From: Salisapilia sapeloensis CBS 127946
Lineage: Eukaryota > Protista > Oomycota
Length of the DNA stretch: 47,911 bases
Direction of reading: 5' to 3'
NCBI GenBank assembly: GCA_023334545.1
Contig: JAADVB010000145.1
Location: 1 to 47,911 of the forward strand
Numbering within the stretch: the first letter of the stretch is position 1; each line of letters starts with the position of its first letter. The position numbers and the translations under genes were made by a program. Positions 32,682-43,565 of this stretch are shown one piece after another. Below the pieces are notes generated by a model, which was given only the letters and a program-made list of their open reading frames with translations, had not been told where the DNA came from and did no database searches.

Positions 32682-33572
32682 CTACTGTGACTGTGAAATT
32701 GCTTGCGTGCGATCGAACAGCAGCCATTCCACGAACATTTCTGTCAGCCGACTGGTATTGTAAAAGATCTTTGCAGCCTCATACTTTCCTCCTTCTTTTA
32801 TAGAGGCAATTGCTTGACATTGGCATCGTTTGTACTTGGTTGCTATTAGTCGATATGACACTCGTAAGCGTCTTTGTGCCAGCTTGCGCCTTCGAAAAAT
32901 ATACTGTTTCCACCTTGTCCATACCTTTGACATGCCGAGATTATTACGCATGTGCTGAGCTTGATAAAGCTGTAGTTTTCCTCCCTTGTACAAATTGGAG
33001 TATACATAGGTTCGGAAACATTGCTGAATCGTAGTGGCGAAGATCTCCTTAAAAGATTGTTGGTAAGTCTCTCTAGGTTCTACTATCTTACTCGATATGC
33101 AACCATTTAATAAAGCCTTCGTTACTGCTGGCTGTCGAATTATCTTTCTTATCGATCTTCGAGAATATTTGGAGCTCTTGCGGTTTCGTATTGTTATTAA
33201 GCATCCAGCATTTCTGCTAGATATCGACTTCGGAGGATGACTAGCATTCTGATTGAAAGTTGGATACTCCCATTTCGCCATCGCGAGCTCTAAAGATATC
33301 GTCAAGCTTTCAACCGCTTTCAGTGTTTCGTTTTCTATCGCCTGGACATTGTCTTCGATGCTCTTGACGTCTCGATCGATAAGCAGACATAATCTCTTCA
33401 TGCTCTTTTCATACACACCTTGCTCTTTACCATTCCATTGCTTAGTTGCTTGATCATCATGCCCATGGTTCTTCACTTGCTTATGTCGAGACTTTCGGCA
33501 TTGATAAAGCTGCGTTGCTCGATCTAGTGCTGGGAACTCCGTCGTGTTGGACAGTCGCTTCGAGAGTTTCAT
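32682..33572 (-). CDS. IQ-motif protein with Sfi1-like basic Trp repeats, hypothetical (296 aa)
   Basis: Long ORF containing an IQ-like ATTIQQCFRTYV and segments KVWTRWKQYIFRRRKL and EMFVEWL, reminiscent of centrin-binding Sfi1 repeats. The family call is tentative. Confidence 0.6.
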   Translation of the reverse strand: MKLSKRLSNTTEFPALDRATQLYQCRKSRHKQVKNHGHDDQATKQWNGKEQGVYEKSMKRLCLLIDRDVKSIEDNVQAIENETLKAVESLTISLELAMAKWEYPTFNQNASHPPKSISSRNAGCLITIRNRKSSKYSRRSIRKIIRQPAVTKALLNGCISSKIVEPRETYQQSFKEIFATTIQQCFRTYVYSNLYKGGKLQLYQAQHMRNNLGMSKVWTRWKQYIFRRRKLAQRRLRVSYRLIATKYKRCQCQAIASIKEGGKYEAAKIFYNTSRLTEMFVEWLLFDRTQAISQSQ

Positions 33573-33678
33573 GGACAGAGTAAAACGAAAACTATTACGA
33601 ACGAGTGCACATGTGCAGCATCAAACTGTCTTATATTTCGGCAAGTGAACAGAGAAGAAAGAAAGAATAATCTGATTC

Positions 33679-34647
33679 CTAACCGACAATCTCATTGTCC
33701 TGGATACCTGTCATGTTGAGCAAGTAGCCGATGAGCCAACCGAGGAAGGCAGCCGCTGTGCCATTCGCAGCCATGGAGAACCCTGACCAGGCCCACATCT
33801 GTCCGACAAAGCTACCCTTGACAGCGCCTAGGATGAACATAGTCGCAACCGTCAAGACGCAGGAAGCGTACAAGGCGGTATCAGCCGATAATTGGATCCC
33901 AGGGATGAGGTTCAATAGGTAGCTGAGCAAAGGGACGGATCCAAAGATCACAAAGGAGCCAAAAGTGATGAGACCACCCATAAGAGGACTGTCATCATCG
34001 TCTACTGGCATCAGGTTTAGTTCCTCGACCATCATAATGTCCACGAACGCTTCCTTGTACTTTGCCAAGGTGTTGATCACGAGCTTGGCATCCTCCGATT
34101 CAATTCCTTTCTGCTCATAGAGCTCAACCATCTCCTGGATCTCGCCTTCTGGAAAATTTTCAAACTCCCACACTTCTCTCTTGCGTTCGTGATTCACCAA
34201 AGCTGCTTCTGCTTGGGAGCTTAGCATATCTCCTAGTCCCATGGACAGTCCGTCTGCCACGAGATGGGCCAAACCGATGATGAGGATCACAGCGTGAGGA
34301 AGACCGGAGCCGGCAACTGATGTGACAGTCGCAAAGGTCGTAATGATACCGTCGAGACCACCGTAGACTGCGCTCTTGATGAACCCTCCGCCGTTCATGT
34401 GGTTCTCCTGGGCATGGTCGCCGCCGTTCACTGCCATCTCGACCTTTAGCTGGTGGAGGTACCTGGATGTTTCGACGTCTCCGCTGTCATGAGCCGACTT
34501 GACCTGCTCGTTTAATTCGGACATGGACATGGGAGGCAGATCCTTCTTGTTGTTTGTGGCGCCATAGTTGTTGTAGGACGAAGTGTCTACGGGTGAAGAG
34601 GGCACCAGAGGACCTTTCTCCCCGTTGGATCTGCCGTTCTTGGACAT
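33679..34647 (-). CDS. VIT1/CCC1-family vacuolar iron/manganese transporter (322 aa)
   Basis: FIKSAVYGGLDGIITTFATV, GLAHLVADGLSMGLGDMLS, acidic metal-binding region ERKREVWEFENFPEGEIQEM...MMVEEL, and a C-terminal TM bundle. ATG at 34647 (the track's 34710 is TTG). Confidence 0.93.
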   Translation of the reverse strand: MSKNGRSNGEKGPLVPSSPVDTSSYNNYGATNNKKDLPPMSMSELNEQVKSAHDSGDVETSRYLHQLKVEMAVNGGDHAQENHMNGGGFIKSAVYGGLDGIITTFATVTSVAGSGLPHAVILIIGLAHLVADGLSMGLGDMLSSQAEAALVNHERKREVWEFENFPEGEIQEMVELYEQKGIESEDAKLVINTLAKYKEAFVDIMMVEELNLMPVDDDDSPLMGGLITFGSFVIFGSVPLLSYLLNLIPGIQLSADTALYASCVLTVATMFILGAVKGSFVGQMWAWSGFSMAANGTAAAFLGWLIGYLLNMTGIQDNEIVG

Positions 34648-36298
34648 TTCGATCGACTTTAATGCGTGGTCGGAGAGACTCGTTCTAAACTTTCCACCGA
34701 TGTCCGACAAGGGTCTCTGCCATTTAAACTTGACTTGCCTTTTGTATGGTCACGATGGACCAGATCAGGTGCGTCATTTAACAGAGAGATCGTCCGGATA
34801 CGACGATTGACATCTTCAAAGGATGCTTACCTCGAAGAGACGCAAGACCTTGTAAACTGACAATCGAACGAGCTGTCCAGGCCAATGAAAGCTTGCAGCT
34901 GCGATCACTCTAAAATATGTCCATTGGTTTTGTATGAAATATAGGTGTCATCTAGGTGTATAACTTTCTCTTGCACAATCGATTAAAATTCATGTAAATG
35001 CCTGGAGCTGCGGAGGGCTGCTCGTAGCTGCTCTTGATGATGTGTTCTGAGTAGATATAAACTACAAGCACCTGCATAGAATTCGTAGTCCTGCCGATAC
35101 TGTAGCCAGTCGAATCTCGACAATGCAGTGTTCCGAGTGAGATCAACTGTCCAACCTTCTTGCTCCCGCCGAATGGTGGAAACCTAGACTTTGGTAGTGA
35201 TAGACTGCATCCATACTCGAAGCACAATTTCGTCGTCGCTAACTTGACAACATCGATGACTTACTTTGTTTGCAAAAAGCATATTCGATGCAATTGTTGA
35301 GATAGCTTCCACGTCCTTGGAGATGATCACTTTCATTCAGCTACTTTCATTGAGATTTCTCTACAAGCGATGATAGTTTGATACATGCATTTTGAATGCC
35401 TTTGCCCCTACATGCATTTATAACACCAACGCAAAGTCTGCAAATGTAATCTTACAAAGCTAGCTTTTGCAAAGATGTGAGTCCTGCCATCAAGCACAAT
35501 ATCTTTCGGATTGTTTCGCGTTTGATCACAACGACGTACCGATCTTATGTGCACACTCCATAATACGACAGTAACGATAGTTATCAAGTTGGTGAGTAGC
35601 GATAGCGTCAACTTTGATATTATAAAGAGTTGTATTCGATTGTTAGAATCAATTGAATTTCTATTACCTCTTCGAGAATTGGTCACTTCGATTCCAGGTG
35701 CATCTAGAAGGCATTCGCCCAGGATTGAGTGACCACCCACCAGTCTAGTTCGAGTCATTCATAGCCACACTCAGCTCTCAGTTGTAGTGCATGGTAGTAG
35801 CTTTGGAACTTAAAGATATAAACGTCAATCATCATTAAAAATTTAAATAGAGCTACCATTCGATTGCGATCAAGACTATGAAGCACTTAATTGAAGATAG
35901 TCCTTAAACTTAATTGACTACTGGCCCATCTCTATCCTACATCAGAGCTTCTACAAGAGTACCCTTTCATTTAGAAACTGTTCTATTGCTTAAGTATCTT
36001 GTATGTGGTTTTACTGGAAGCCGCACGACGCTTACAAACAAGTGTTTGTTATAGGTGGGTTTCAAGTTGCACCTCATCCAGGCTGTACAAGTTTGCTACT
36101 GCTTCTGTCTCACGCAACGGGATTGGAAATTTAGTCATAACTTTTCTTGTCCGATTATTCGTAGCCACGTATCTATTTTTGATTTATATCAACATTAATG
36201 CTATACTACCGGGGGTTCTGATGAGCCGACTAGTTCAGTATCGTATTTCGAAGACGAGGGTCAATCTCTGCGTCCTCATCAATCGTGATTCCTACTGA

Positions 36299-36307
36299 GC
36301 TCATTCT
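36299..36307 (+). promoter_or_regulatory. INR-like element upstream of the SHIPPO-repeat gene
   Basis: GCTCATTCT about 33 nt upstream of ATG 36340 matches the oomycete GCTCATTYY initiator. Confidence 0.45.
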
Positions 36308-36339
36308 TTAAACAGTCAAGCGCTTACAACTCCAATACA

Positions 36340-37182
36340 ATGGCAGGCCCAGGCTCACCTCCTCGCACAGCACCATCTCCATCCAAGACACAATCTGGAG
36401 GCCTTGGTAGTCCAAGTCGCACTGTAACCTATGGTGGCTTCTCTGACATTAAAGCCGCCTGTGGAGAGCAAGTCGACTCTCGCAAGCCAACTGCTCCATC
36501 GTCCGTGTTTGGCACGAGCACTCGTCCACAGACATCCACCGGTACTGGCAATGTCCCAGGCCCAGGCGCTTATCAAATGCCACCGTCCATTTCCAAGCCA
36601 GTCGTCTCTACAATTCGTCAAGCTCCATCCTGCTCCATCAGTGGGCGTGAAAAGTTTGGAAGCACGATTGATTACCGAGCTAGTGCGGCGATGCCTGGTC
36701 CTGGCGCGTACACGAGTGAGATCGTGAACCCTCGAGAGAAATCTTCTCCAAAATACTCTTTGGGTAAGCGTTGGGCGAACGTCTCGAACGGAACGAAATC
36801 TCCAGGACCCGGCTCTTATGAGGCTGGATCAACGATTGGCAGGACTGTCCTATCGACGCAAAAGTCACTACCCATAACTGCATTCCCTAAAGTAGAGAGA
36901 AAGCCACTTCTTCAACCTGGATCGGCGGAAGTGGGGCCCGGACAATATTCTGTAGTTACTGGATCTGTCGGAAAGCAGCATATATCGAACCTGGCGAGTG
37001 CGGCTGCATTTTCCTTCGGTTCCGATGCTCGAAGCAAGCCGTCCAAAGCCACATCGGCCTCCGTCCCAGGTCCAAACTCGTACCAAACCCCAAGCTCCAT
37101 GGGATCTCAAGTTCAGTCACTATACAAGTCTTCACCGAAATGCTCCATGTCTGGACGAACGAAATTCGGAAGCCATTTCTAA
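36340..37182 (+). CDS. SHIPPO 1-like (PGPGxY) repeat protein, ODF3/STPG-type flagellar microtubule-associated protein
   Basis: Five repeats VPGPGAY, MPGPGAY, SPGPGSY, VGPGQY and VPGPNSY, separated by P(S/K)(C/Y)S(I/L/M)xGRxKF-type spacers. 280 aa. Confidence 0.88.
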   Translation: MAGPGSPPRTAPSPSKTQSGGLGSPSRTVTYGGFSDIKAACGEQVDSRKPTAPSSVFGTSTRPQTSTGTGNVPGPGAYQMPPSISKPVVSTIRQAPSCSISGREKFGSTIDYRASAAMPGPGAYTSEIVNPREKSSPKYSLGKRWANVSNGTKSPGPGSYEAGSTIGRTVLSTQKSLPITAFPKVERKPLLQPGSAEVGPGQYSVVTGSVGKQHISNLASAAAFSFGSDARSKPSKATSASVPGPNSYQTPSSMGSQVQSLYKSSPKCSMSGRTKFGSHF

Positions 37183-37279
37183 GTCGATCTTCCTTCCTAA
37201 GTCGACTTTTTTTCTTTTGTTGATGTGATTTATCTTTGAACGAATTTGAAATTTTAAGGCTAACAAGTTATATTTCTTT

Positions 37280-37844
37280 TCAATCCGCTTTCCTATCTTC
37301 TTCTTCATCTTCCTCGTCCTCCTCATCGTCCAGAGCATGAGCTTGGCGCCATGCTTTTACTCGTTCGAATTCGTTATAATGCATCTTTCGCTTCTGAGCA
37401 AAATTCGGGTCCTTCTCGATCTTCTTTCCTTCTGCATCACGCTCGGCAAATTGCGCCTTGGGCTTACTGTCCTCGTCGTCACTATTGTCCCACTCACTCT
37501 TCCCATCGCCTACTTTCTGTAACTTCTTCTCTAGTTCATTCCACTAATAACACGCAGTCAATGAACCATTCGGTAGATGCAAAGACGAAATGAAAACAAC
37601 ATACTTGTAGAGGTGGCTTATCCTCCTTTCCAGATAAAGATCGAGCCGGTGAAGCAGCGCCATCCTGCTCCTCAAAGTCATGCTTTGGCTCGTAGTAATG
37701 ATACGGCGTGTCAGGTTCATCGATTTTCATACGAGTGCCACGTTCTTTGTCATGCTCCGCAATGGTTTCTTCATCCCACTTAATATGCGGCTTTGCACCC
37801 GCCTTCTCTTCGTCGTCTCCAGTCTTAAGCGACTTTTTCATCAT
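37280..37844 (-). CDS. IPP2: Protein phosphatase 1 inhibitor-2 (IPP-2 family; 167 aa, 2 exons)
   Basis: Exons 37844-37605 and 37543-37280. Motifs HIKWDE, KIDEPDTPY (Thr-Pro phosphosite) and FAQKRKMHYNE, plus an acidic tail. Confidence 0.92.
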
Positions 37845-37982
37845 GATCGGTGTATGCAAGTCGAAAATGATCTGGTCGTGTCCAAGTTCGTAACGAGTAT
37901 GCGTAATCAGTACCATGCCAGTTAATTGTTAGTATGTGACAGGAATTGTCATTTCGGAGCATCTAGCACAAGGAGCTGGAAG

Positions 37983-39072
37983 ATGGGCGTGACTTTTAAA
38001 GACGAGAAAGACCAAGAAGGCTTTCAGGATATACTCAGTAGCGGCGGTATCTACCGAAAACCGCTTGTCACGACAGAAGGTGAAAAACCAGGTATGACGT
38101 AGCTGATAGGATACATTTCGATCGATCACGAATGTTTTGTCGTAGAATTTAATGAAGAAGTGGAAGTCAAGTACTCGGTCTGGGTCCAGGAGACAAATGA
38201 AAATATTGTGGATGACCGAACGCGGACTTTTCGTGTCGGCGACGGAGATGTGATGCCAGGTATACTTATGACACGATTCTCTCTTCATTGCCACGAGTAC
38301 CCGTACTCACGTGACGACAGCTCTGGAGCTCGTAGCCAAGATGCTACGTGTTGGCGAGATCAATGAAGTCCGTTGCGAAGGTCGCTTTTGTGTTGGCGAA
38401 TCTGCTGTGAAAGACCGGGTGCCACAAGATACGCAAATGAAGCTCAAAGTGCATTTGCTTCGCGTCGGCAAGCGTACGACGTACGATATGTCAGCATCCG
38501 AGTTAATGGAGGAAGCGAGGAAGAAAAAAGAGACTGGAAATGGTTACTTTAAAGAGAAGAATTACGAGCAAGCAGGCAAAGTGTATAAGCGAGCGATCAA
38601 GATCTTGGGCATGGGCGATTTTTCTGCTCCGGACGACATGCAGAAATGCAAAGAGCTGTTGGTTGCCATCGGGAACAACGTTGCGAATGTACAGCAGCGA
38701 ACGGGAGAACTGAAGGAAGCAAGAGAGTCTTGCAATGAGGTCCTTCAATTGGATCCGGACAATACGAAAGCAATCTATCGATTGGGTAGCATCGCAATCG
38801 ATGAAAGCGAGTTCACAGAAGCAACGGCGCACCTGCGAAGGGTGCTTGCGTTGGAGCCGAAGAACACTGGTGCGAGGAAATTAATGAAAGAGATGAAGGC
38901 GAAGAAAAAGCAGTTTAAAGAGAGAGAGCAGAAGCTGTATGCAAAGCTAGGTGGTGACAAGAAGGAAGGTGGTCAGCCAGTCATGAAGGTCAACCCTGCC
39001 TTCATAATGATGGTATTGACGGGTGTTATTTCTATCGCCATGTACATGTACCTTGGCCAACGGGAGATTTGA
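37983..39072 (+). CDS. FKBP-type immunophilin with TPRs and C-terminal membrane anchor (FKBP8/FKBP38-like; 324 aa, 3 exons)
   Basis: Exons 37983-38091, 38146-38259 and 38321-39072 give DILSSGGIYRK...TFRVGDGDVMPALELVAKML (degenerate FKBP fold), KKETGNGYFKEKNYEQA / NNVANVQ / DPDNTKAIYR / LEPKN (TPRs), a basic helix and a terminal hydrophobic segment FIMMVLTGVISIAMYMYL. Confidence 0.85.
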
Positions 39073-39145
39073 TAGAAATAAATATACCTCGTGGATAGAT
39101 GCACATGAAAGGTTTCCATGTTGGTTCCGCGATAGTTTACTGCTA

Positions 39146-39763
39146 TTAGATATAGGCAAGAAGTGTCGCTAGCAATAGCACAAAGCTGGCACTGGCATGC
39201 GACGCTCCGTCAGAGCCTGTGGACGGATTGTTCACTGCCAGAACAAGTTTTAACTCGTTGTTTTCGTACGCAGGCGACTCTGCTGTAGACCTCGGTGTGC
39301 CTTCGCATTTCGTTCCATCGTACGTTTCGATCTTCACGTCGCCTTCTCCAGCAGTAGGCAGTGTCACTCGAATGCTGGAAGCCCCATAGTCCGTTATCAG
39401 GCACCCTCCGTCGGCGACGAAGGCAACAGCGCTGGTAAAGTTGCGTAGTTCGGACGTAGGATACATGCTAAGCATCACAAGAGGAGTGTCGGATCCCATC
39501 TTTTCCTTGGCGACTGCAAGCCCAGTCTCATCTCCATCGAGAGCCGATATGCACATCTGAGCATGGTAATTTCCGTTTTTATCTTTTGTGCATTCACTTG
39601 CCTCATCCGAGTGTGTGCAAAATGTATCTTTAGTAAATGCAGCTTGCTGAATATGTGCTGTGCAGTCAGAAGACGTGGAGACAATGCTTGCTTGAATCAT
39701 AGTTTCAGCGCTCACGGTGGTCCATAGACTGGCAAGGATGATTGGTAGTAGATGGAGGGCCAT
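39146..39763 (-). CDS. Small secreted Cys-containing, probably GPI-anchored protein (205 aa)
   Basis: Signal peptide MALHLLPIILASLWTTVSA, six Cys, Ser/Gly spacer and hydrophobic end ASFVLLLATLLAYI*. No family recognised. Confidence 0.75.
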   Translation of the reverse strand: MALHLLPIILASLWTTVSAETMIQASIVSTSSDCTAHIQQAAFTKDTFCTHSDEASECTKDKNGNYHAQMCISALDGDETGLAVAKEKMGSDTPLVMLSMYPTSELRNFTSAVAFVADGGCLITDYGASSIRVTLPTAGEGDVKIETYDGTKCEGTPRSTAESPAYENNELKLVLAVNNPSTGSDGASHASASFVLLLATLLAYI

Positions 39764-39952
39764 CCTAACTTCAGATGGAGATACAGAAGTAGCTATTAAA
39801 CACTAATCAAGTAGAGTGATGAAACGACTGACATTAGACTTTGAAACGATCGGAAATGAGGTATGCGACAGTGATCTCGAAACGACCGGTGGTATCTACC
39901 AGTGGCGATATCTCTGGCTTTGAAAAAGTGGAGAACCGTCGCCTTGTAATGT

Positions 39953-42900
39953 ATGGCCAGTAGCCGTAGTCATTCTCTACCCGGGCAAGCAGTTGAAGAC
40001 AGTGAGAACTCCTCGAAATTTCCTTCATTACCTTACTGCAATAGTGACACCAACGCCTTCCGCCTCCTGCCGTCCGAGATCGACACTGGGAGTCTTCCTT
40101 TTTCCCCAGCTAACTCTCACAACCCGCTGCTTTCGTTCGGCATAAAGAAGGATATGATGGAGCAGAAGATGAAAATACCTGTGCAAACACCTCCATCCGA
40201 AGGCACCAAGTCAGATCCTGTTCAGGCTCTACCCACCCAATCGCGTAAGCAGAGTGCTACAGCATCTGTACGTCGGAACTCCAGCCTGCCTGCAAAACAT
40301 CCATCGATTACATTGATGGACGAGAATGCACTTGGAGATGTTTCTGCTACTAAAGGAAGCGAGATGTCTGATACGCAAGAACAGGGTTCTGTTGAAGAGC
40401 TAATATTCACTGTGCCTGAAGTTACGCCGGACGGTGCTTCGACTGGAAGGCTTGTGAAGGAAAAATGGCCTATTGATCATATTAAGCTACTCTACATGCT
40501 CTCTCAGTACGCCGTTTGTGCTCGATCTGGAAATGAAAAAGAGACATGGATTCGCCAATTACCATTGCTTGTACTCATGTATGAGGGGATAGCTGCTGGT
40601 GAGCTCAACTTTGATTATGCGCCAGCTGCACTGGTGGCAGCACAAGAAGGAACACCAAAGCGCATTTGGATAAACACGACACAGGATGGAAAGTCTGCAA
40701 TCGATGATATGCGTGAAGCAAATCTGATCAATGGCTTGAAGCTGTCTACAAAAAACTATCATTCCGTAACTGCGTTTCAAGTGTCTTTAAAAGGCTTGAT
40801 TTTGCTTAAAAGCACAAGCAAAGAGCTGCGTGCATCAGTAGATTCGTTTATCTTTGCGCCAAAACCATATCGCCACGAGCTACTAAAGATCCGCTACATT
40901 CCTATTAAAGATAAGCCTGGTGCCGACACACTGGTGTCGGATGGTAACCAATCTTCAATACCGACATGGTTAAGTCCACGTCGATCCGAAGGTTTCCATG
41001 TGGATACTGTGAACAATATGGAAGCCCCAGAAGAGGAAGAAGCAGAGTTTAATGAAGAAGGTCGTTTCATCCTAGAATCAATCGGATACTTCCGGTACTC
41101 GGAAGTGACAGAGACGGAGGACGTGTCGTACGTTTCAAGTCCTTTCATACCATGTTGTGTCCGGTCTGAGACGTCTACTCAATCCTTAACATCGAATGCG
41201 CATCGTGCAGACGAAGCCGCAGGAGGGGAATCAACCATTAGGGATACACTTTCCGAAGCAATTGTGCTGTCGAATCCAGTTTGCCTCGTCGGGGAATGGA
41301 TTCCCTTTGGCTCGAATCAGATTGTGGCTCTGAATGAACGACTTGGATCCATGGACCGTTGCCAAGGCGGACTTTTTACGTCTCTCATTGATGACCGTCC
41401 GACCGATACGTTGTTCGAAGTTCCTCCGGGGTTGACGGAAGTTCGTATCTTGGATTACAACCCAGTTCGGTTCATTAACTTTGAGGCAGAAATTAACTTT
41501 CCAGAAGACGATGGGATTGTCCAAGTTGAGAACTTTGGCATTCATATTAATGTGGATGGTACCATCTTCTACGGCATTTCCGTTGATAGCATCTTGCACC
41601 AACGTGCAGACCACGTGTCGGTGGATTTGCTTTCTCGACTACTTGTGGACATCCACCAAGATTCATCGGAAGTCATGGACGACTTATTGTCTTCTTATCA
41701 GACTGGACTACTGGACATGGCGTTCCTAGGAGATATCACAAATCGCGGCAAGTTTAACTTGATATGTGCCGATCATATTGAACCATTCTTGTCTGGTGGT
41801 GATTACATGGATCGAGGGGATTTGGAAAATGAACTAAAGCAAGTGATTGGAGATATTCATTGCTCCTACGATATCGGTGACGAAAGCGTTATGATTGTGG
41901 GTCGAGACGGAATGCTCGTTGCTGGTTCGGCCGGTAAACGATACGAAAACATATTTGTTGCTTACTTTTCTCTACTATGTCGAGAGATGTTCCTTCGCAG
42001 CTTTTTCAATCGAATTTTCGTACTTGAGGAACTGCTCAAGAGCATTCGTGACCTCATCTTGAAAGCACGCGAAGATCCGTCTCATTTGTCATCCGTTCGG
42101 ACGCTCTTAAATCAGGCGACAAACGACCTTGTTCTATTCACAGATACACTCGGGTATCTGCTAGAGTCCTTGGAATATGTCAAAATACCCCAACAATCAG
42201 AGAATGCTAGTAGTGAAGAAATATCCATCTTCGACTATCTTGATCTGACGAAGCAACATCGAGATATCTTTTTACGAGCCAAGGACTTGGAAAAACTAGT
42301 CCACGCGTCTAAATATGAAGTTGTGAATTTGCGCCAAATGGCTGAAGTCCTGAATACGTCTCAACTAGAAGACATCTTTCACTCCGTCGAAGTCAATACT
42401 AAAGCATTGGCCGATTCGGAACTGGACATTCAGAAATCGACCATGTCACTTGATGTCGTGCAGTATCTCGTTGCTGGAAGCTTTGCACTAGCTCTAGTTG
42501 ACCGCTTTCCAGGAAGCACTTTGAACGTAGGGGTACCTTCGTGGGTCAAAGACTTCGCGGCATCTGTCATCGAAGTGCCGATGCTTTTCTTTACGATCAA
42601 TATGATCTGGATGCTGCTTTTCATTCTTATTCTCTATGTCTACAAGAAGCATGAGGCCAGCATGGACGCATTCGGAAAGAGGTTGTTTAAGATACAACTC
42701 AACTATCCTATTGACATTCCAGCGTTCGAATCTTTCTTGCTGTCAAGGTCCTTGGAAAAGCAAGACAGTGTTTCTCAATTGGCATATGAAATCCGGAGTG
42801 TAAGTTGGCGAGACAATTGTGGCACTCCATGCAAAGGAGAAGCAGCACATTTGGATCGAAGGGGAGTACGGGGTAGAAGAGAACCACAGACGATTCGACA

Positions 42901-43411
42901 AAAGTTCCGTCATCGCATCGCGACGTTTAAATCAACGTTTTCAGGTGAATTGCCACGAACTAGGTCTGCAGTGTCATCTGTAGTCAAGGGAAAGATAAAT
43001 GATATGGACAATGGTGACTTTGCTGGATCATTACGATCCATGACTAACTCACCTACATCCAATGACTTGCCAGTCTTTATTGAAATCGAGTATGACAGTC
43101 GCTACGGTTTCCTACTTGCTGCGTCCTTCCATTTCCGGTGCTTCGACGACTGCGGTACTGCACCATTATCAAGCATTTCGTGGTCTCCCAGTTCGTTGCG
43201 TGCTCGTTTTAAAGAGTGGCTAGCGACGGATAATGTCGATGACAAAATGAAGTCAGGGCGAGTTGCTTCCACCAATTGTAAATGGCGAGAGGAAAAGCTT
43301 CCGATTGATGCCACGGCCAAGCGTGAACAAGACATTCTCAAATGGTTTGCCAATGAGCTGAAACAGCACCGGGTTATTGCGGATATCGATGACTTTCTCA
43401 AGAGCATGTAG
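39953..43411 (+). CDS. Large uncharacterised membrane protein (1152 aa); winged-helix-like region plus CorA-like helical/2-TM region
   Basis: Intronless 3.46-kb ORF. Disordered first 165 aa or so, then ordered domains and two adjacent hydrophobic helices near aa 835-900 (VVQYLVAGSFALALV; MLFFTINMIWMLLFILILYVY). The coding call is secure; the domain calls are by-eye inference. Confidence 0.85.
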   Translation: MASSRSHSLPGQAVEDSENSSKFPSLPYCNSDTNAFRLLPSEIDTGSLPFSPANSHNPLLSFGIKKDMMEQKMKIPVQTPPSEGTKSDPVQALPTQSRKQSATASVRRNSSLPAKHPSITLMDENALGDVSATKGSEMSDTQEQGSVEELIFTVPEVTPDGASTGRLVKEKWPIDHIKLLYMLSQYAVCARSGNEKETWIRQLPLLVLMYEGIAAGELNFDYAPAALVAAQEGTPKRIWINTTQDGKSAIDDMREANLINGLKLSTKNYHSVTAFQVSLKGLILLKSTSKELRASVDSFIFAPKPYRHELLKIRYIPIKDKPGADTLVSDGNQSSIPTWLSPRRSEGFHVDTVNNMEAPEEEEAEFNEEGRFILESIGYFRYSEVTETEDVSYVSSPFIPCCVRSETSTQSLTSNAHRADEAAGGESTIRDTLSEAIVLSNPVCLVGEWIPFGSNQIVALNERLGSMDRCQGGLFTSLIDDRPTDTLFEVPPGLTEVRILDYNPVRFINFEAEINFPEDDGIVQVENFGIHINVDGTIFYGISVDSILHQRADHVSVDLLSRLLVDIHQDSSEVMDDLLSSYQTGLLDMAFLGDITNRGKFNLICADHIEPFLSGGDYMDRGDLENELKQVIGDIHCSYDIGDESVMIVGRDGMLVAGSAGKRYENIFVAYFSLLCREMFLRSFFNRIFVLEELLKSIRDLILKAREDPSHLSSVRTLLNQATNDLVLFTDTLGYLLESLEYVKIPQQSENASSEEISIFDYLDLTKQHRDIFLRAKDLEKLVHASKYEVVNLRQMAEVLNTSQLEDIFHSVEVNTKALADSELDIQKSTMSLDVVQYLVAGSFALALVDRFPGSTLNVGVPSWVKDFAASVIEVPMLFFTINMIWMLLFILILYVYKKHEASMDAFGKRLFKIQLNYPIDIPAFESFLLSRSLEKQDSVSQLAYEIRSVSWRDNCGTPCKGEAAHLDRRGVRGRREPQTIRQKFRHRIATFKSTFSGELPRTRSAVSSVVKGKINDMDNGDFAGSLRSMTNSPTSNDLPVFIEIEYDSRYGFLLAASFHFRCFDDCGTAPLSSISWSPSSLRARFKEWLATDNVDDKMKSGRVASTNCKWREEKLPIDATAKREQDILKWFANELKQHRVIADIDDFLKSM

Positions 43412-43565
43412 ACAAGGACACATCGCAAGACTTGAAATAGTAACCTCGTAGGTAACAACGTATTCATGCTAAGTGCAGGTCGTTACATGCATTCTTCTAA
43501 ACTTCAACTTGCTTGTATCCATTTTGCTCATACCTGATTATCCTGATAACGCCATACCAGACCGA

